Notes: generated by a model from the letters alone, not told the origin. DNA of 64,000 nucleotides from an uncultured Gemmatimonadales bacterium (GCA_963741945.1 CAVUKA010000005.1:352001-416000); one strand, 5' to 3'; positions 27,703-40,475 are shown, numbered from the stretch's first letter. Numbers and translations are program-made.

Positions 27703-30147
27703 ATGTTCCACGACCTGCGCTACGCGACCCGACGGCTCCTGCGCGCGCCCGGCTTCACCACCGCCGCCATCCTTTCACTCGCGCTGGGGATCGGCGCCAA
27801 CACGGCCATCTTCAGCATCGTCAACGCGGTGCTGTTCCGGGACATGCCGGCCCGCTCGCCGGCCGAGCTGGTGGAGCTCTACACGCGCGACGCCGGTGGG
27901 TACGAATACTCGACGTTCTCGTACCCCGACCTCCGGGACATCCAGGACGAGGCCACCGTGTTCGACGACGTCGCCGCGCGCTACCCGGCCATGGTGAGCC
28001 TGGCGGACGACGATGGCACCAGTGACATCCTCTGGGGCGAGGTGGTGACGCCGAACCTGTTCGACGTGCTGGGCATCGGACCGGCGATCGGCCGCACGCT
28101 CCACGCCGATCTGGACGCGGCGAAGGGGGCCAGCCCGGTGGCCGTGATCAGCCATCGTACCTGGGAGCGGCGCTTCGGCGGCGACCCCGGCGTCGTCGGA
28201 CGGACGCTGCGCCTGAACGGCCGCGCTATCACGGTGGTGGGCATCATGCCGGAGGGGTTCACGGGCCAGTTCCCCGCGTTCCAGATGGACCTGTGGCTGC
28301 CCACGTCGATGGCCGTGGCGCTGCACATCGAGGACGCGGACCAGGCGGAGTACCGGGGCGGCCGCAACCTCTTCCCGGTGGCACGCCTGAAGCCGGGGGT
28401 GACGGTGGACCAGGCGCGGGCGGAGCTGCGCGTCCTTTCCCATCGCCTGGCCGCCGCCTACCCGGACACGAACGACGGCCGGTCCATGACCCTGCTCCGC
28501 TCCGATCAGGTGAGCTTCAACCCGATGGTGGACCGCGCCCTCACGCCCATCGCCATCCTGCTCATGGGGGTGGTCGGGCTCGTGCTGGCCATCGCGTGCG
28601 CCAATCTGGCGAGCCTGCTCCTGGTCCGCGCCGCGGGCCGCCAGCGGGAGATCGCGACGCGCCTGGCCATCGGCGCAGGCCGCGGCCGCGTCGTGCGCCA
28701 GCTCCTGACGGAGAGCGTGCTGCTTGCCCTGCTGGGCGGCGCCGCCGGGGTAGCGCTCGGGTTCCTGCTGATCCGCGTGCTCATGGGATTCACGCCGCCG
28801 ATTCCGATCCCCGTGAACCTGGACCTCGGGCTCGACCGGACGGTCCTCCTGTTCACGTTCGGCCTTTCGGTACTCACGGGAATCCTGTTCGGGCTCGCCC
28901 CCGCGCTGCGCGCCTCCCGCCCCGACCTCCTGCCGGCACTGAAGGACGCCACGCGCAGCGGGCTTGGCCGGCGCCGCCGGTTCGGTCTCCGGAACGGGCT
29001 GGTAGTGGGCCAGGTCGTCGTCTCGCTCCTGCTCCTGGTCGCCGCCGGGCTGTTCCTTCGCAGCCTGGCGGAAACGCGCAAGGTGGACCCGGGGTTCGAC
29101 ACCGAGCACCTGGCCATGGCCGCGCTCAACCTTGAGCAGCTCGGCTACTCGCCCGAGCAGGGGCGCGTGTTCATGGACCGACTGGTCGAGCGGCTCGATG
29201 GGCTCCCCGAAGTCCGCTCGGCGACCATTGCGGCGCGCGTCCCCGTCGGCATCTCCATCCAGACCCGTGAGTTCCTCCCCGAGGGTCAGCCCACCCCGGC
29301 CGACGGCCGCATTCCGTCCTACGACTACACCCGGACCGACGACGCGTACTTCGAGACCATGGGCGTCGCCATCGTCCGTGGACGGGGCTTCACCCGCGCG
29401 GACCGCACGGGGCCCGACGTGGCGATCGTGAGCGAGACGGCGGCCCGCCGCTTCTGGCCCGGTGAGGATCCCATCGGCAAGCGGCTGCGCCGCGGCGAGG
29501 ATGGGCCGTGGACCACGGTGGTTGGAGTGGCCGCAGACACGAAGGTCCGGACGCTGGGCGAGGCGCCGCGGCCGTACGTCTATCTGCCGCTCGACCGCCG
29601 CGGCACCGACATCGCCATGGTGGTCGCGGCCACCCGCGGCGATCCGAGCCGGTTCCTCCCGACGCTCCTGGCCGAGATCCAGGCCATCGATCCGGCCGTC
29701 ACGCCGTTCCAGAGCGGCACGATCCGGGACCAGATGGCCATCATGCTCTACCCGGCACGCATGGGCGCCCTCCTCCTGGGTGCGTTCGGCGCGCTGGCCC
29801 TGCTCCTTGCGGTTACAGGGCTGTACGGCGTCGCCAGCTACACCGCCTCCCGCCGCACCCGCGAGATCGGGATCCGCATGGCCGTCGGGGCCCGCCCCGG
29901 CGACGTCCGGCGCATGGTCCTGCGCGACGGCGCGGTGCTGGTCGGCGCAGGGCTCGCGATCGGGGTGGCCCTGGCGCTCGTGGCCGCGCGATTCCTGGCA
30001 CGGTTCCTCTTCGGCATCGGCGTAGTCGACCCGGTCACGTTCATCGCGATCCCGCTGCTCCTGGGCGGCGTCGCCCTCCTGGCCACGTGGGTCCCCGCCC
30101 GGCGCGCGGGCCGCCTCGATCCCATGCGGGCGCTGCGCTACGAGTAG
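27703..30147 (+). CDS. ABC transporter permease, duplicated MacB-PCD/FtsX (ADOP type)
   Basis: DLRYATRRL.RAPGFT..AILSLALGIGANTAIFS, IACANLASLLL, RQLLTES, RTREIGIRMAVGA and DPMRALRYE motifs. Confidence 0.93.
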   Translation: MFHDLRYATRRLLRAPGFTTAAILSLALGIGANTAIFSIVNAVLFRDMPARSPAELVELYTRDAGGYEYSTFSYPDLRDIQDEATVFDDVAARYPAMVSLADDDGTSDILWGEVVTPNLFDVLGIGPAIGRTLHADLDAAKGASPVAVISHRTWERRFGGDPGVVGRTLRLNGRAITVVGIMPEGFTGQFPAFQMDLWLPTSMAVALHIEDADQAEYRGGRNLFPVARLKPGVTVDQARAELRVLSHRLAAAYPDTNDGRSMTLLRSDQVSFNPMVDRALTPIAILLMGVVGLVLAIACANLASLLLVRAAGRQREIATRLAIGAGRGRVVRQLLTESVLLALLGGAAGVALGFLLIRVLMGFTPPIPIPVNLDLGLDRTVLLFTFGLSVLTGILFGLAPALRASRPDLLPALKDATRSGLGRRRRFGLRNGLVVGQVVVSLLLLVAAGLFLRSLAETRKVDPGFDTEHLAMAALNLEQLGYSPEQGRVFMDRLVERLDGLPEVRSATIAARVPVGISIQTREFLPEGQPTPADGRIPSYDYTRTDDAYFETMGVAIVRGRGFTRADRTGPDVAIVSETAARRFWPGEDPIGKRLRRGEDGPWTTVVGVAADTKVRTLGEAPRPYVYLPLDRRGTDIAMVVAATRGDPSRFLPTLLAEIQAIDPAVTPFQSGTIRDQMAIMLYPARMGALLLGAFGALALLLAVTGLYGVASYTASRRTREIGIRMAVGARPGDVRRMVLRDGAVLVGAGLAIGVALALVAARFLARFLFGIGVVDPVTFIAIPLLLGGVALLATWVPARRAGRLDPMRALRYE

Positions 30148-30166
30148 GCGCCCGGGTTTCCGCTCA

Positions 30167-30209
30167 CGGCGTGGAAGCGCGAGTGGTCACGGGCCGCGCT
30201 TCCACGCCG
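30167..30209. terminator. 15-bp perfect inverted repeat between the convergent permease and katG
   Basis: CGGCGTGGAAGCGCG (30167-30181) / CGCGCTTCCACGCCG (30195-30209). Confidence 0.6.
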
Positions 30210-30213
30210 CCGG

Positions 30214-32930
<2,717 letters not shown>

Positions 32931-32935
32931 ACGGA

Positions 32936-32968
32936 ACCATAGCACTGATTCTGGAACAGGTCAAGAAT
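32936..32968 (-). promoter_or_regulatory. sigma70 promoter with an overlapping FurA-box-like palindrome
   Basis: TTGACC-N17-TATGGT with a TG extension; ATTCTTGA-CCTGT-TCCAGAAT 8-5-8 imperfect palindrome covers the -35. Confidence 0.75.
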
Positions 32969-33070
32969 TGTGAACGGTCCGCGAAGACCGGGAGGGGGCC
33001 GTCGGACCCGCGGCCGAAGCGGGTTCAGCCGCGCGCAGCGGGGCCGGGGCGAGGCGCGCCGTCGACTGGG

Positions 33071-33086
33071 CGGTAGCGTTCTTGCA
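33071..33086 (+). promoter_or_regulatory. Candidate sigma54 promoter
   Basis: CGGTAG-CGTTC-TTGCA (GG-N10-GC), ~50 nt upstream of ATG 33139. Confidence 0.45.
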
Positions 33087-33138
33087 CCGTACATTACAGG
33101 TCGGTTCGCACACCAACCCGCCGGTCTGCCGAGGACCC

Positions 33139-36100
33139 ATGGCGCCAGATCCCGAAACTGCAATGGAAGCGCCTCCCCGTCAGCCCCGGCACGTCCGGCT
33201 GGTGGGGATCGGCGCATCGGCCGGTGGTGTCCGGGCGCTTGGAGACTTCTTCCGTGCGCTTCCGAACGATCCCGGGCTGGCGTTCGTGGTGGTGATGCAC
33301 CTGTCGCCGGAGCACGAGAGTCAGCTCGCGGAGGTGCTGCAGTCGGATTCCAGTATTCCGGTGCGACAGGTCCAGGGCCGGACTCGGATCGAGGAGAATC
33401 ACGTGTACGTGATCCCCCCGAACCGCAACCTGGAGCTGACGGACGGCCACCTCGAGTTGTCGGAGTTCAGTGAGGTGCGGGGCCGGCGCACGCCCATCGA
33501 CACGTTCTTCCGGGGGCTGGCCACGGTCCATCCGGACGGGATCGGCATCCTCCTCTCCGGTTCGGGCACGGACGGCGTGGTGGGCCTGAAGGCGATCAAG
33601 GAGGGGGGCGGCATCATCATGGCCCAGTCGCCGGAGGAAGCGGAGTACGACACCATGCCCAGGAGCGCCATCGCGACCGGGCTGGTGGACTTCGTCCTGC
33701 CGGTGCGGGAGCTGGCGAGGAAGGTGCTCGAGCTGCGATCGGTGAAGGAAGCGTGGCGGCCGCCAGACCCGGACGGCCTCGAAGACGGTGAGGCGGAGGC
33801 GCTGCGCGCCATCCTCGCGGACGTCCAGACCCGGACGGGGCGAGACTTCCGCGGTTACAAGAAGAGCACCGTACTGCGCCGTATCGGGCGTCGCATGCAG
33901 GTCCACGGGTCGCGAGACCTCGAGCAGTACGTGGGCGTGCTGCGGGCGGATCCGGCGGAGCCGCAGGCGCTGCTCGAGGACCTCCTGATCAGCGTCACCA
34001 ACTTCTTCCGGGATCCCGAAGCGTTCGCCAAGCTGGAGCACACGGTGGTGCCCGCGCTGTTCGAGCGCGGCGAGCGTCCGCCGGAGGAGATCCGGGTGTG
34101 GGTGCCGGGGTGCGCGACCGGTGAGGAGGCCTACTCCGTGGCGATGCTGCTGGCGGAACAGGCCGAGCGGCGGGGCCTGGTGGAATCGGTGCAGGTGTTC
34201 GCCTCGGACCTCGACGCGCACGCGCTCGCGTATGCCCGGGAAGGGCTGTACCCGGATGCCATCGCCGCCGACGTGCCGCCGGGACGGCTGGAGCGGTTCT
34301 TCCGGCGGGAGGGGGCGTACTACCGGGTGCGGAAGGAGTTGCGGGATCTCGTGCTCTTCGCGGAGCACGACCTGCTCCGGGACCCGCCGTTCTCGCGTCT
34401 CGACCTGCTGACGTGCCGGAACCTCCTGATCTATCTGGAACGGGGCCTCCAGGAGCGCGTGGCGGAAGTTTTCCGGTACGCGCTGCGCCCCGGCGGTTTC
34501 CTTTTCCTGGGAAGCTCCGAAAGCCCGCCGGACCACGGCGGCTTCCAGGCAGTGGACAAGCAGCACCGCATCTATCGGCGCACCAGTGAGATCGAGGGGC
34601 CAGGGCCACTCCCGGACATGCCGCTCATCCCAGGCCCCCGGAGGCGATCGCCGGGCGAGCGCATCGAGACCGTGTCGCCGCAGCAGGAGGTTGCCGCCGC
34701 CGCAATGCACCGCCAGGCACTGGAGATGCACGCGCCCCCGAGCGTGCTGGTGGACGCAGGCCACAACATCCTCCACGTCTCGCCCGGAGCCCGCCGGTAC
34801 ATGGAGTTTCCCGCCGGCAGCCCGTCGGCGAACATCCTGAAAGTCAGCCGCCCTGAGCTCAGGGTCGAGCTCCGCAGCGTCCTGTATCACGCGCTCGACA
34901 AGGAGGGCGCCGCGCGCTCCGGCTGGGTGCGCGTGCACATCGAGGGCGAGGTGCGCCAGGTCGAGATGTATGCGGCACCCGCGCCCGTGGCCGAGGACCT
35001 GCCCCTCGCCCTGATCACATTCCTGGAGGCGCCGGTCGGGGCGGACCTGGAGCAGGCGGCGGACGGGGCCGATGCGTCGCGGCGGCTGGGCCACGTGGAA
35101 GCGGAGCTCGAGACATCCCGAACGCGGCTGCGCGAGCTGGTGGAGGCGTCGGAGACGCACCAGGAGAAGCTCAGGGCGGCGAACGAGGAGCTCCAGTCGA
35201 TCAACGAGGAGTACAGGTCGACGCTCGAGGAGCTGGAGACCAGCCGGGAGGAGCTCCAGGTCTCCAACGAGGAGCTCCGGACCGTCAACGAGGAGCTGAA
35301 CCGGAAGGTCGCGGAGCTGGCCAGCGCCAACGACGACCTCAACAACCTGATGGCGGCGACGGAGGTGCCCACCCTCTTCCTGGACCGCCGACTGCGCGTG
35401 CAGCGCTACACGCCCGCCCTCCAGACCATCTTCAACATCATGCCGGTGGACGAGGGGCGGCCGCTCGACCACCTGACGTACAGGGTCGACTACCCGGAGC
35501 TCCGGCAGGACTGCCAGGATGTTCTCGACCGGCTACAGCCCGTCGAGCGCGAGATCGGCAATGGCAGCGGCCACTCCTGGCTCGTGCGGATCACACCCTA
35601 CCGCTCCGACGAGGACCGGATCGGCGGCGTCGTGGTCACGTTCACGGATGTCTCACGCGTGCGCGAGGCCCAGCGCTCCGTCCGTGAGAGCGAGGAGCGA
35701 TTCCGGGCGCTCGTGGACGCCACGGCCGAGATCGTATGGTCGACCAACCCCGAGGGTGTCGCGGTGCGGGACTCCCCGAGCTGGCGGGGTTTCACCGGGC
35801 AAACGGAGGAGGAATGGCTGGGCTTGGGCTCGCTCGATGTCGTCCACCCCGACGACCGGGAGCGGGCCGCCGAGACGTGGCAGACCGCCGTTTCGGAACG
35901 CCGGCCCATGGACACGGAGTTCCGCCTCTGGCACGCCCGCTCGCAGACGTGGCGGCTGACTTCCGCCCGCGCTGTCCCGCTTCGGGGCGCGGACGGCAAC
36001 ATCCGCGAATGGGTGGGGATGAACACCGACATCACCCAGGAACGGGAGCGGGAGCGGGAGCTCCTCGACGCGAAAGCGGCGGCCGAGCGGGCAGCGGAGG

Positions 36101-36801
36101 TGAAGAGTCAGTTCCTCGCCACCATGAGCCATGAGCTGCGGACGCCGCTCACGGCCGTCATCGGCATTGCCGATCTCATGGAAACCGAGGTGGTCGGCCC
36201 GATGAACCCGAAGCAGAAGAAGCACCTCCAGCGGATCAAGAGAGCCGCCTGGCACCTGGTCACCATCATCGAGGAAGTACTCACCTTCTCGCGCTCCGAC
36301 GCCGGCCGAACGGAGCTCCACCGGAGCACGATCGACCTCGCCGCCATCGCACGGGAGGTCGTGGACATACTGGGGCTGGAAGCCGAAGAGAAGGGGCTCC
36401 GGCTGACAGTGCACGGAGCGGAGCGGCCGGAGTTCATCTTCGGGGATGCAGGCAAGATCCGACAGGTCGTGACGAACCTCGTTGGCAACGCCATCAAGTT
36501 CACCGATGCCGGCGAGGTCGTGGTCCGGCTGGAGCCCGGTCAGCGGGATGTCGCGCTGCATGTGACCGATACGGGGCCCGGTATAGCGCCCGACCAGCAC
36601 GACGAGATCTTCGAGCCGTTCACCCAGGCCGACAACTCCACCACACGGTCCAAGGGCGGGGTCGGGCTCGGGCTCGCAGTGTCACTCCGGCTCGCGCGCC
36701 TCATGAACGGTGAGATCGAGCTCGAGAGCACGGCGGGCGAAGGCGCGACCTTCACGTTCCGTCTGCCCCGGGAGCCGGAGCCCGGCAACGGCCGGGAATA
36801 G
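33139..36801 (+). CDS. CheB/CheR fusion with coiled coil, PAS domains and histidine kinase
   Basis: CheB GIGASAGG/VMHL/GSGTDG; CheR ISVTNFFRD, VPGCATGEEAYS, CRNLLIY; NEELQS repeats; PAS; MSHELRTPL, NLVGNAIKFT, DTGPGI, GGVGLGL. Confidence 0.93.
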   Translation: MAPDPETAMEAPPRQPRHVRLVGIGASAGGVRALGDFFRALPNDPGLAFVVVMHLSPEHESQLAEVLQSDSSIPVRQVQGRTRIEENHVYVIPPNRNLELTDGHLELSEFSEVRGRRTPIDTFFRGLATVHPDGIGILLSGSGTDGVVGLKAIKEGGGIIMAQSPEEAEYDTMPRSAIATGLVDFVLPVRELARKVLELRSVKEAWRPPDPDGLEDGEAEALRAILADVQTRTGRDFRGYKKSTVLRRIGRRMQVHGSRDLEQYVGVLRADPAEPQALLEDLLISVTNFFRDPEAFAKLEHTVVPALFERGERPPEEIRVWVPGCATGEEAYSVAMLLAEQAERRGLVESVQVFASDLDAHALAYAREGLYPDAIAADVPPGRLERFFRREGAYYRVRKELRDLVLFAEHDLLRDPPFSRLDLLTCRNLLIYLERGLQERVAEVFRYALRPGGFLFLGSSESPPDHGGFQAVDKQHRIYRRTSEIEGPGPLPDMPLIPGPRRRSPGERIETVSPQQEVAAAAMHRQALEMHAPPSVLVDAGHNILHVSPGARRYMEFPAGSPSANILKVSRPELRVELRSVLYHALDKEGAARSGWVRVHIEGEVRQVEMYAAPAPVAEDLPLALITFLEAPVGADLEQAADGADASRRLGHVEAELETSRTRLRELVEASETHQEKLRAANEELQSINEEYRSTLEELETSREELQVSNEELRTVNEELNRKVAELASANDDLNNLMAATEVPTLFLDRRLRVQRYTPALQTIFNIMPVDEGRPLDHLTYRVDYPELRQDCQDVLDRLQPVEREIGNGSGHSWLVRITPYRSDEDRIGGVVVTFTDVSRVREAQRSVRESEERFRALVDATAEIVWSTNPEGVAVRDSPSWRGFTGQTEEEWLGLGSLDVVHPDDRERAAETWQTAVSERRPMDTEFRLWHARSQTWRLTSARAVPLRGADGNIREWVGMNTDITQERERERELLDAKAAAERAAEVKSQFLATMSHELRTPLTAVIGIADLMETEVVGPMNPKQKKHLQRIKRAAWHLVTIIEEVLTFSRSDAGRTELHRSTIDLAAIAREVVDILGLEAEEKGLRLTVHGAERPEFIFGDAGKIRQVVTNLVGNAIKFTDAGEVVVRLEPGQRDVALHVTDTGPGIAPDQHDEIFEPFTQADNSTTRSKGGVGLGLAVSLRLARLMNGEIELESTAGEGATFTFRLPREPEPGNGRE

Positions 36802-37017
36802 ACGACGGCCCGTCCGCACCCGTGGCATCGCTGGTGGCGTGGGGCCCCAGCCGTTAGATTCGAGCAGCCAAGTGAACGACGCCCGGTGCGCGCAATCGCC
36901 GTCCGCCGGTGCACGCCCCGGCGACCCTGGCCGTGAGCCGCGGTCCCAGCGCCCGTCCAGGGCGGCTGCCGTGCCCCGTCGCTCGACCTGGAGATCCCCC
37001 AGTCGCCAGGAGGGCGC

Positions 37018-37335
37018 ATGACCAGTCACCTGTCGCTCGGCACCACCCCCACCTCCCGGGGACGACGCAGCCTGCGCGTCGACCCCGAGCAGTCCCCCGG
37101 ATGGGTGGCCGGCTCGGAGCGTATCCCCGGTCCCGGCGAACGGGTCCACACCCACGAGGGGACCGGTGTCGTCGTCCGCATCCTCAACAAGACCGCCGAC
37201 GGCGGCCGCGTCCTCGAGGTGTCCATGGACGACGGACGCAAACAGCCGTTCTTCGCCGCCACCGCGAACGTGCGTGTCCGGCCGCTGGCCTCTGGCGACC
37301 TGAGCGCTGGCGACGGAGTGGCGTCCGACCACTGA
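37018..37335 (+). CDS. Small hypothetical protein (possible SH3-like barrel)
   Basis: AGGAGG RBS; 105 aa; beta-strand pattern GERVHTHEGTGVVVRIL...VLEVSMD. Confidence 0.65.
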   Translation: MTSHLSLGTTPTSRGRRSLRVDPEQSPGWVAGSERIPGPGERVHTHEGTGVVVRILNKTADGGRVLEVSMDDGRKQPFFAATANVRVRPLASGDLSAGDGVASDH

Positions 37336-37516
37336 TGCGGTGATCCCTACCCCTCCGCTCCGACCCGCCCGGGTCGGTGGCGGAAGCGTTGTGTTCGGCT
37401 CCACACCTTCGCAGTAGGGCTTCGGTAGCCCGCCCGATTGCGTGGTGTGGGGCGGAGCCCGTATCCGGATGCAGGATTTCCCCCACTGACAGCTGCGGTA
37501 GTGCGTGCAATCTTTT

Positions 37517-37532
37517 AATCGACTTCTCGATT
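37517..37532. promoter_or_regulatory. Palindromic operator upstream of the first arsR
   Basis: AATCGA-CTTC-TCGATT in an AT-rich patch 12 nt before the ATG. Confidence 0.55.
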
Positions 37533-37544
37533 GCAGGGGGATGC

Positions 37545-37949
37545 ATGGACCGGCTGGACGAGATCTTCAAGGCGCTGTCCAACGAGACGCGGCTCCGCAT
37601 CATGGGGCTGATCTTCCGCCATGGGCCCCTGTGCGTCTGCGAGGTGGAGCAGATCCTGGGGATCACGCAGCCGAAGGCATCGCGGCACCTTCGTTACCTG
37701 CGCGACGCGGGTGTGCTGGAGGACGAGCGTGAGGGTCTGCTGGTGAACTACGGGCTGCCCAGTCGCCCGGACGGTGACCTTTCGGCGATCCTGGTGCTGC
37801 TGCGCGGGCTGCTGTGGGACCGTCCGCTCCCGGACGCGGGGCCGCTGCTGGTCGAGATCCGGGATGCGCGAGCGGAGGGTCGGTCGGCGGAGGATGCGGT
37901 GCGGTGCAGTGGTCGGTGGAACGCGGCGGCTGCGGCGGCAGCCGGCTGA
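37545..37949 (+). CDS. arsR: ArsR/SmtB family metalloregulator
   Basis: FKALSNETRLRI, PLCVCEV (alpha3 Cys site), QPKASRHL. Confidence 0.9.
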   Translation: MDRLDEIFKALSNETRLRIMGLIFRHGPLCVCEVEQILGITQPKASRHLRYLRDAGVLEDEREGLLVNYGLPSRPDGDLSAILVLLRGLLWDRPLPDAGPLLVEIRDARAEGRSAEDAVRCSGRWNAAAAAAAG

Positions 37950-37962
37950 GGGGGGGCCGGGG

Positions 37963-39369
37963 ATGCCAGGGTCGACGTCGGCGGCGGAGGGGATGGAGGA
38001 GCGTGGAGGTCGGTGGCGTCGTCTCGCCGGGTGGTGGGAGCGGCGGCGGGCTCAGGCGGGCGCCACGGACTGGGGCTCGGAGTGGAAGCCGCTGGCGTGG
38101 ATCGGCGGTGTGTTCCTCCTCTTCTACTTCCTCCCGGTTGGCAACGCCCGCTTCGATGGTGCGGTCACGGAAGCGCTGGCGCTGACGAAGTGGTACGCGC
38201 GGGAGCACGTTCTGCTGTGCCTGGTTCCCGCGTTCTACATTGCCGGCGCCATCTCGGTCTTCCTGAGCCAGGAAGCGGTGCTGAAGTACCTCGGTCCGCG
38301 AGCGCCGAAGCCGGTGGCCTACGGCGTCGCTTCGGTCTCGGGGTCGCTGCTGGCGGTCTGCTCGTGCACCGTTCTGCCGCTGTTCGGCGGGATCTACGCC
38401 AACGGCGCGGGCCTCGGCCCCGCGTCCGCGTTCCTCTACGCTGGCCCGGCGATCAACGTGCTTGCGATCGTGCTCACGGCGAACGTGCTGGGCGTGGAGA
38501 TCGGGATCGCCAGGGCGGCAGGCGCGGTCGTGTTCGCGCTGGTGATCGGGCTCCTCATGCACGTGATCTTCCGCCGTTCGGAGATGGAGCGGTCGGGGCA
38601 GTGGATGGCTGGCCCCGAAGCCGGGGACGCCGGGGGCCGGCCGCTGTGGCAGACCGCCACCTTCTTCGGTGCAATGGTGGCCGTTCTGGTCTTCGCCAAC
38701 TGGGGTGCGCCCGAGTCCTCGCGTGGCTTCTGGTTCGCCGTGTACGCCGCGAAATGGAAGCTGACGGCCGGATCCGCGCTGGTGCTGGCGTACGCGCTGG
38801 TCCGGTGGATCGGCATGAGCGCCATCGAAGTAGTGGCGACGGCGGGCGTCACGACCGCGCTCGCGCTGCTCTTCCCGCGGGAGCCCCTCGTTCCTTTCGC
38901 GGCTGCCGCGGTGGGGCTGTCGCTGATCGGAAGCACGAGCGGGGGCGAGGCGGGCGAGTGGTTCAGCGCTTCGTGGGGCTTCGCCAAGCAGATCTTCCCG
39001 CTCCTCTTCATCGGGATCCTCGTTGCCGGGCTGCTCCTGGGCCGCCCCGGCCACGAAGGGCTGGTCCCGTCCTCGTGGGTGGCCGGAGCGGTGGGAGGCA
39101 ACTCGCTGGGCGCCAACCTTTTCGCCTCCGTGGCCGGCGCGTTCATGTACTTCGCCACCCTGACCGAGGTGCCGATCCTCCAGGGGCTGATCGGCGCCGG
39201 AATGGGCAAGGGGCCGGCCCTCACCCTGCTCCTCGCCGGGCCCGCCCTCTCGCTCCCGAGCATCCTCGTGATCCGGAGCTTCATCGGGACCCGGAAGACG
39301 CTGGTGTTCTTGACGCTGACGGTGACGATGGCCACCGCAGCCGGGATGATCTACGGCGTGATCGCCTGA
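37963..39369 (+). CDS. DUF318 permease (ArsP-like organoarsenical efflux)
   Basis: LAVCSCTVLPLFGGIY, FLYAGPAIN, MYFATLTEVP and LLAGPALSLP motifs; in an operon with arsR and a small thioredoxin. Confidence 0.88.
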   Translation: MPGSTSAAEGMEERGGRWRRLAGWWERRRAQAGATDWGSEWKPLAWIGGVFLLFYFLPVGNARFDGAVTEALALTKWYAREHVLLCLVPAFYIAGAISVFLSQEAVLKYLGPRAPKPVAYGVASVSGSLLAVCSCTVLPLFGGIYANGAGLGPASAFLYAGPAINVLAIVLTANVLGVEIGIARAAGAVVFALVIGLLMHVIFRRSEMERSGQWMAGPEAGDAGGRPLWQTATFFGAMVAVLVFANWGAPESSRGFWFAVYAAKWKLTAGSALVLAYALVRWIGMSAIEVVATAGVTTALALLFPREPLVPFAAAAVGLSLIGSTSGGEAGEWFSASWGFAKQIFPLLFIGILVAGLLLGRPGHEGLVPSSWVAGAVGGNSLGANLFASVAGAFMYFATLTEVPILQGLIGAGMGKGPALTLLLAGPALSLPSILVIRSFIGTRKTLVFLTLTVTMATAAGMIYGVIA

Positions 39370-39420
39370 CGCGGTCGCGGCCGGACCGACCAGGACACGA
39401 AACGGACGGAGAGCACGAGA

Positions 39421-39672
39421 ATGAAGGTACAGATCCTCGGGACCGGCTGTCCCAAGTGCAGGGCGCTCACCGCCAACACGGAGAAGGCCATCGCAGAGCT
39501 CGGCATCAGCGCCGAGATCGAGAAGGTGGAGAAGATCAGGGACATCGCGCGCATGGGCGTGGCCATGACGCCCGCTCTGGCCGTGGATGGGCAGGTGAAG
39601 TCCGCCGGGCACCTGCTCTCGGTGGGCCAGGTCAAGAAGCTGCTGGCCGGGGACGGGGCTGCCGGATCGTAG
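39421..39672 (+). CDS. Small redox-active disulfide protein (thioredoxin-like, MTH895/TM0996 family)
   Basis: MKVQILGTGCPKC...GVAMTPALAVDG. Confidence 0.92.
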   Translation: MKVQILGTGCPKCRALTANTEKAIAELGISAEIEKVEKIRDIARMGVAMTPALAVDGQVKSAGHLLSVGQVKKLLAGDGAAGS

Positions 39673-39710
39673 GACGCCCACCCAGCACCGGGGTCAGGGG
39701 CCCGCGCGGC

Positions 39711-40475
39711 TCAGGATGCCGGCCGCACCCCCGCCCCACCCACTGCCAGGTGCTCGGCAAAATCGTCCGGCAGCTCGCTCTCCCGGATCGCGGCCGTCGC
39801 CCGCTCGAGATCGTAGTCGACACGGGCGAGCTCGACCGAAACGGCCTCCCCGTCCATCTCCACGAGCACGTAGCCCGCGCGCCAGTCCCCGTCCTTGGGA
39901 CGTCCCACGGAGCCCGTGTTGACGAAGTGGATCCCGGCCACGGTCCGGTGCCACGGCTTGTGCGTGTGCCCGAACGCGACCACGTCGCCCGCTTTCGCGG
40001 CGAGCTTCTCCGCCATCTGCAGGCAGAACCGGTCGGAGCGGTCCTCCGTCCAGTAGACGGTGTTGAGAACCGGGTTGCCGTGCACCAGGATCAGCCGCGG
40101 GCCGGCCGTATGCCCGCCGAGCGGGCGGATGTCGATCCGGAACGGCAGGCTCCCTAACCAGGCCTTCGTGGCCGCCGAGACGTGCGCCCGCGTCCATGCG
40201 TAGCTCACGTGACTCAGCTCCTCCTGGCGCGGGTCCTCGTACGCGCACCCACAGTGCTCGTAGTCCGTGGCCGTGGTCGAGTCGTAGTTGCCGGCCACGC
40301 CCTGGATCCCGCGCTCGCGCAACAGCATCACCACCTCGTTCGGCCACGGCGCATACCCCACCAGGTCCCCGAGATGGTAGGTCCCCGCCAGCACGCTCCG
40401 CGCGTCAATGTCGGCCAGCACCGCTTCCAGCGCCGGCAGGTTGGCGTGGATGTCACTGATCAGCGCGTATCGCAC
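39711..40475 (-). CDS. Metallophosphoesterase (calcineurin-like) in the arsM operon
   Basis: SDIHAN, LGDLVGY, GNYD, VHG, FGHTH and VNTGSVG motifs; extra HCGC motif. Confidence 0.92.
   Translation of the reverse strand: MRYALISDIHANLPALEAVLADIDARSVLAGTYHLGDLVGYAPWPNEVVMLLRERGIQGVAGNYDSTTATDYEHCGCAYEDPRQEELSHVSYAWTRAHVSAATKAWLGSLPFRIDIRPLGGHTAGPRLILVHGNPVLNTVYWTEDRSDRFCLQMAEKLAAKAGDVVAFGHTHKPWHRTVAGIHFVNTGSVGRPKDGDWRAGYVLVEMDGEAVSVELARVDYDLERATAAIRESELPDDFAEHLAVGGAGVRPAS

Noticed and set aside
33069-33080. ops/RfaH element (GGCGGTAGCGTT)
   Set aside because: One mismatch from the ops consensus, not ahead of a long polysaccharide operon, and it overlaps a better-placed sigma54-like motif.
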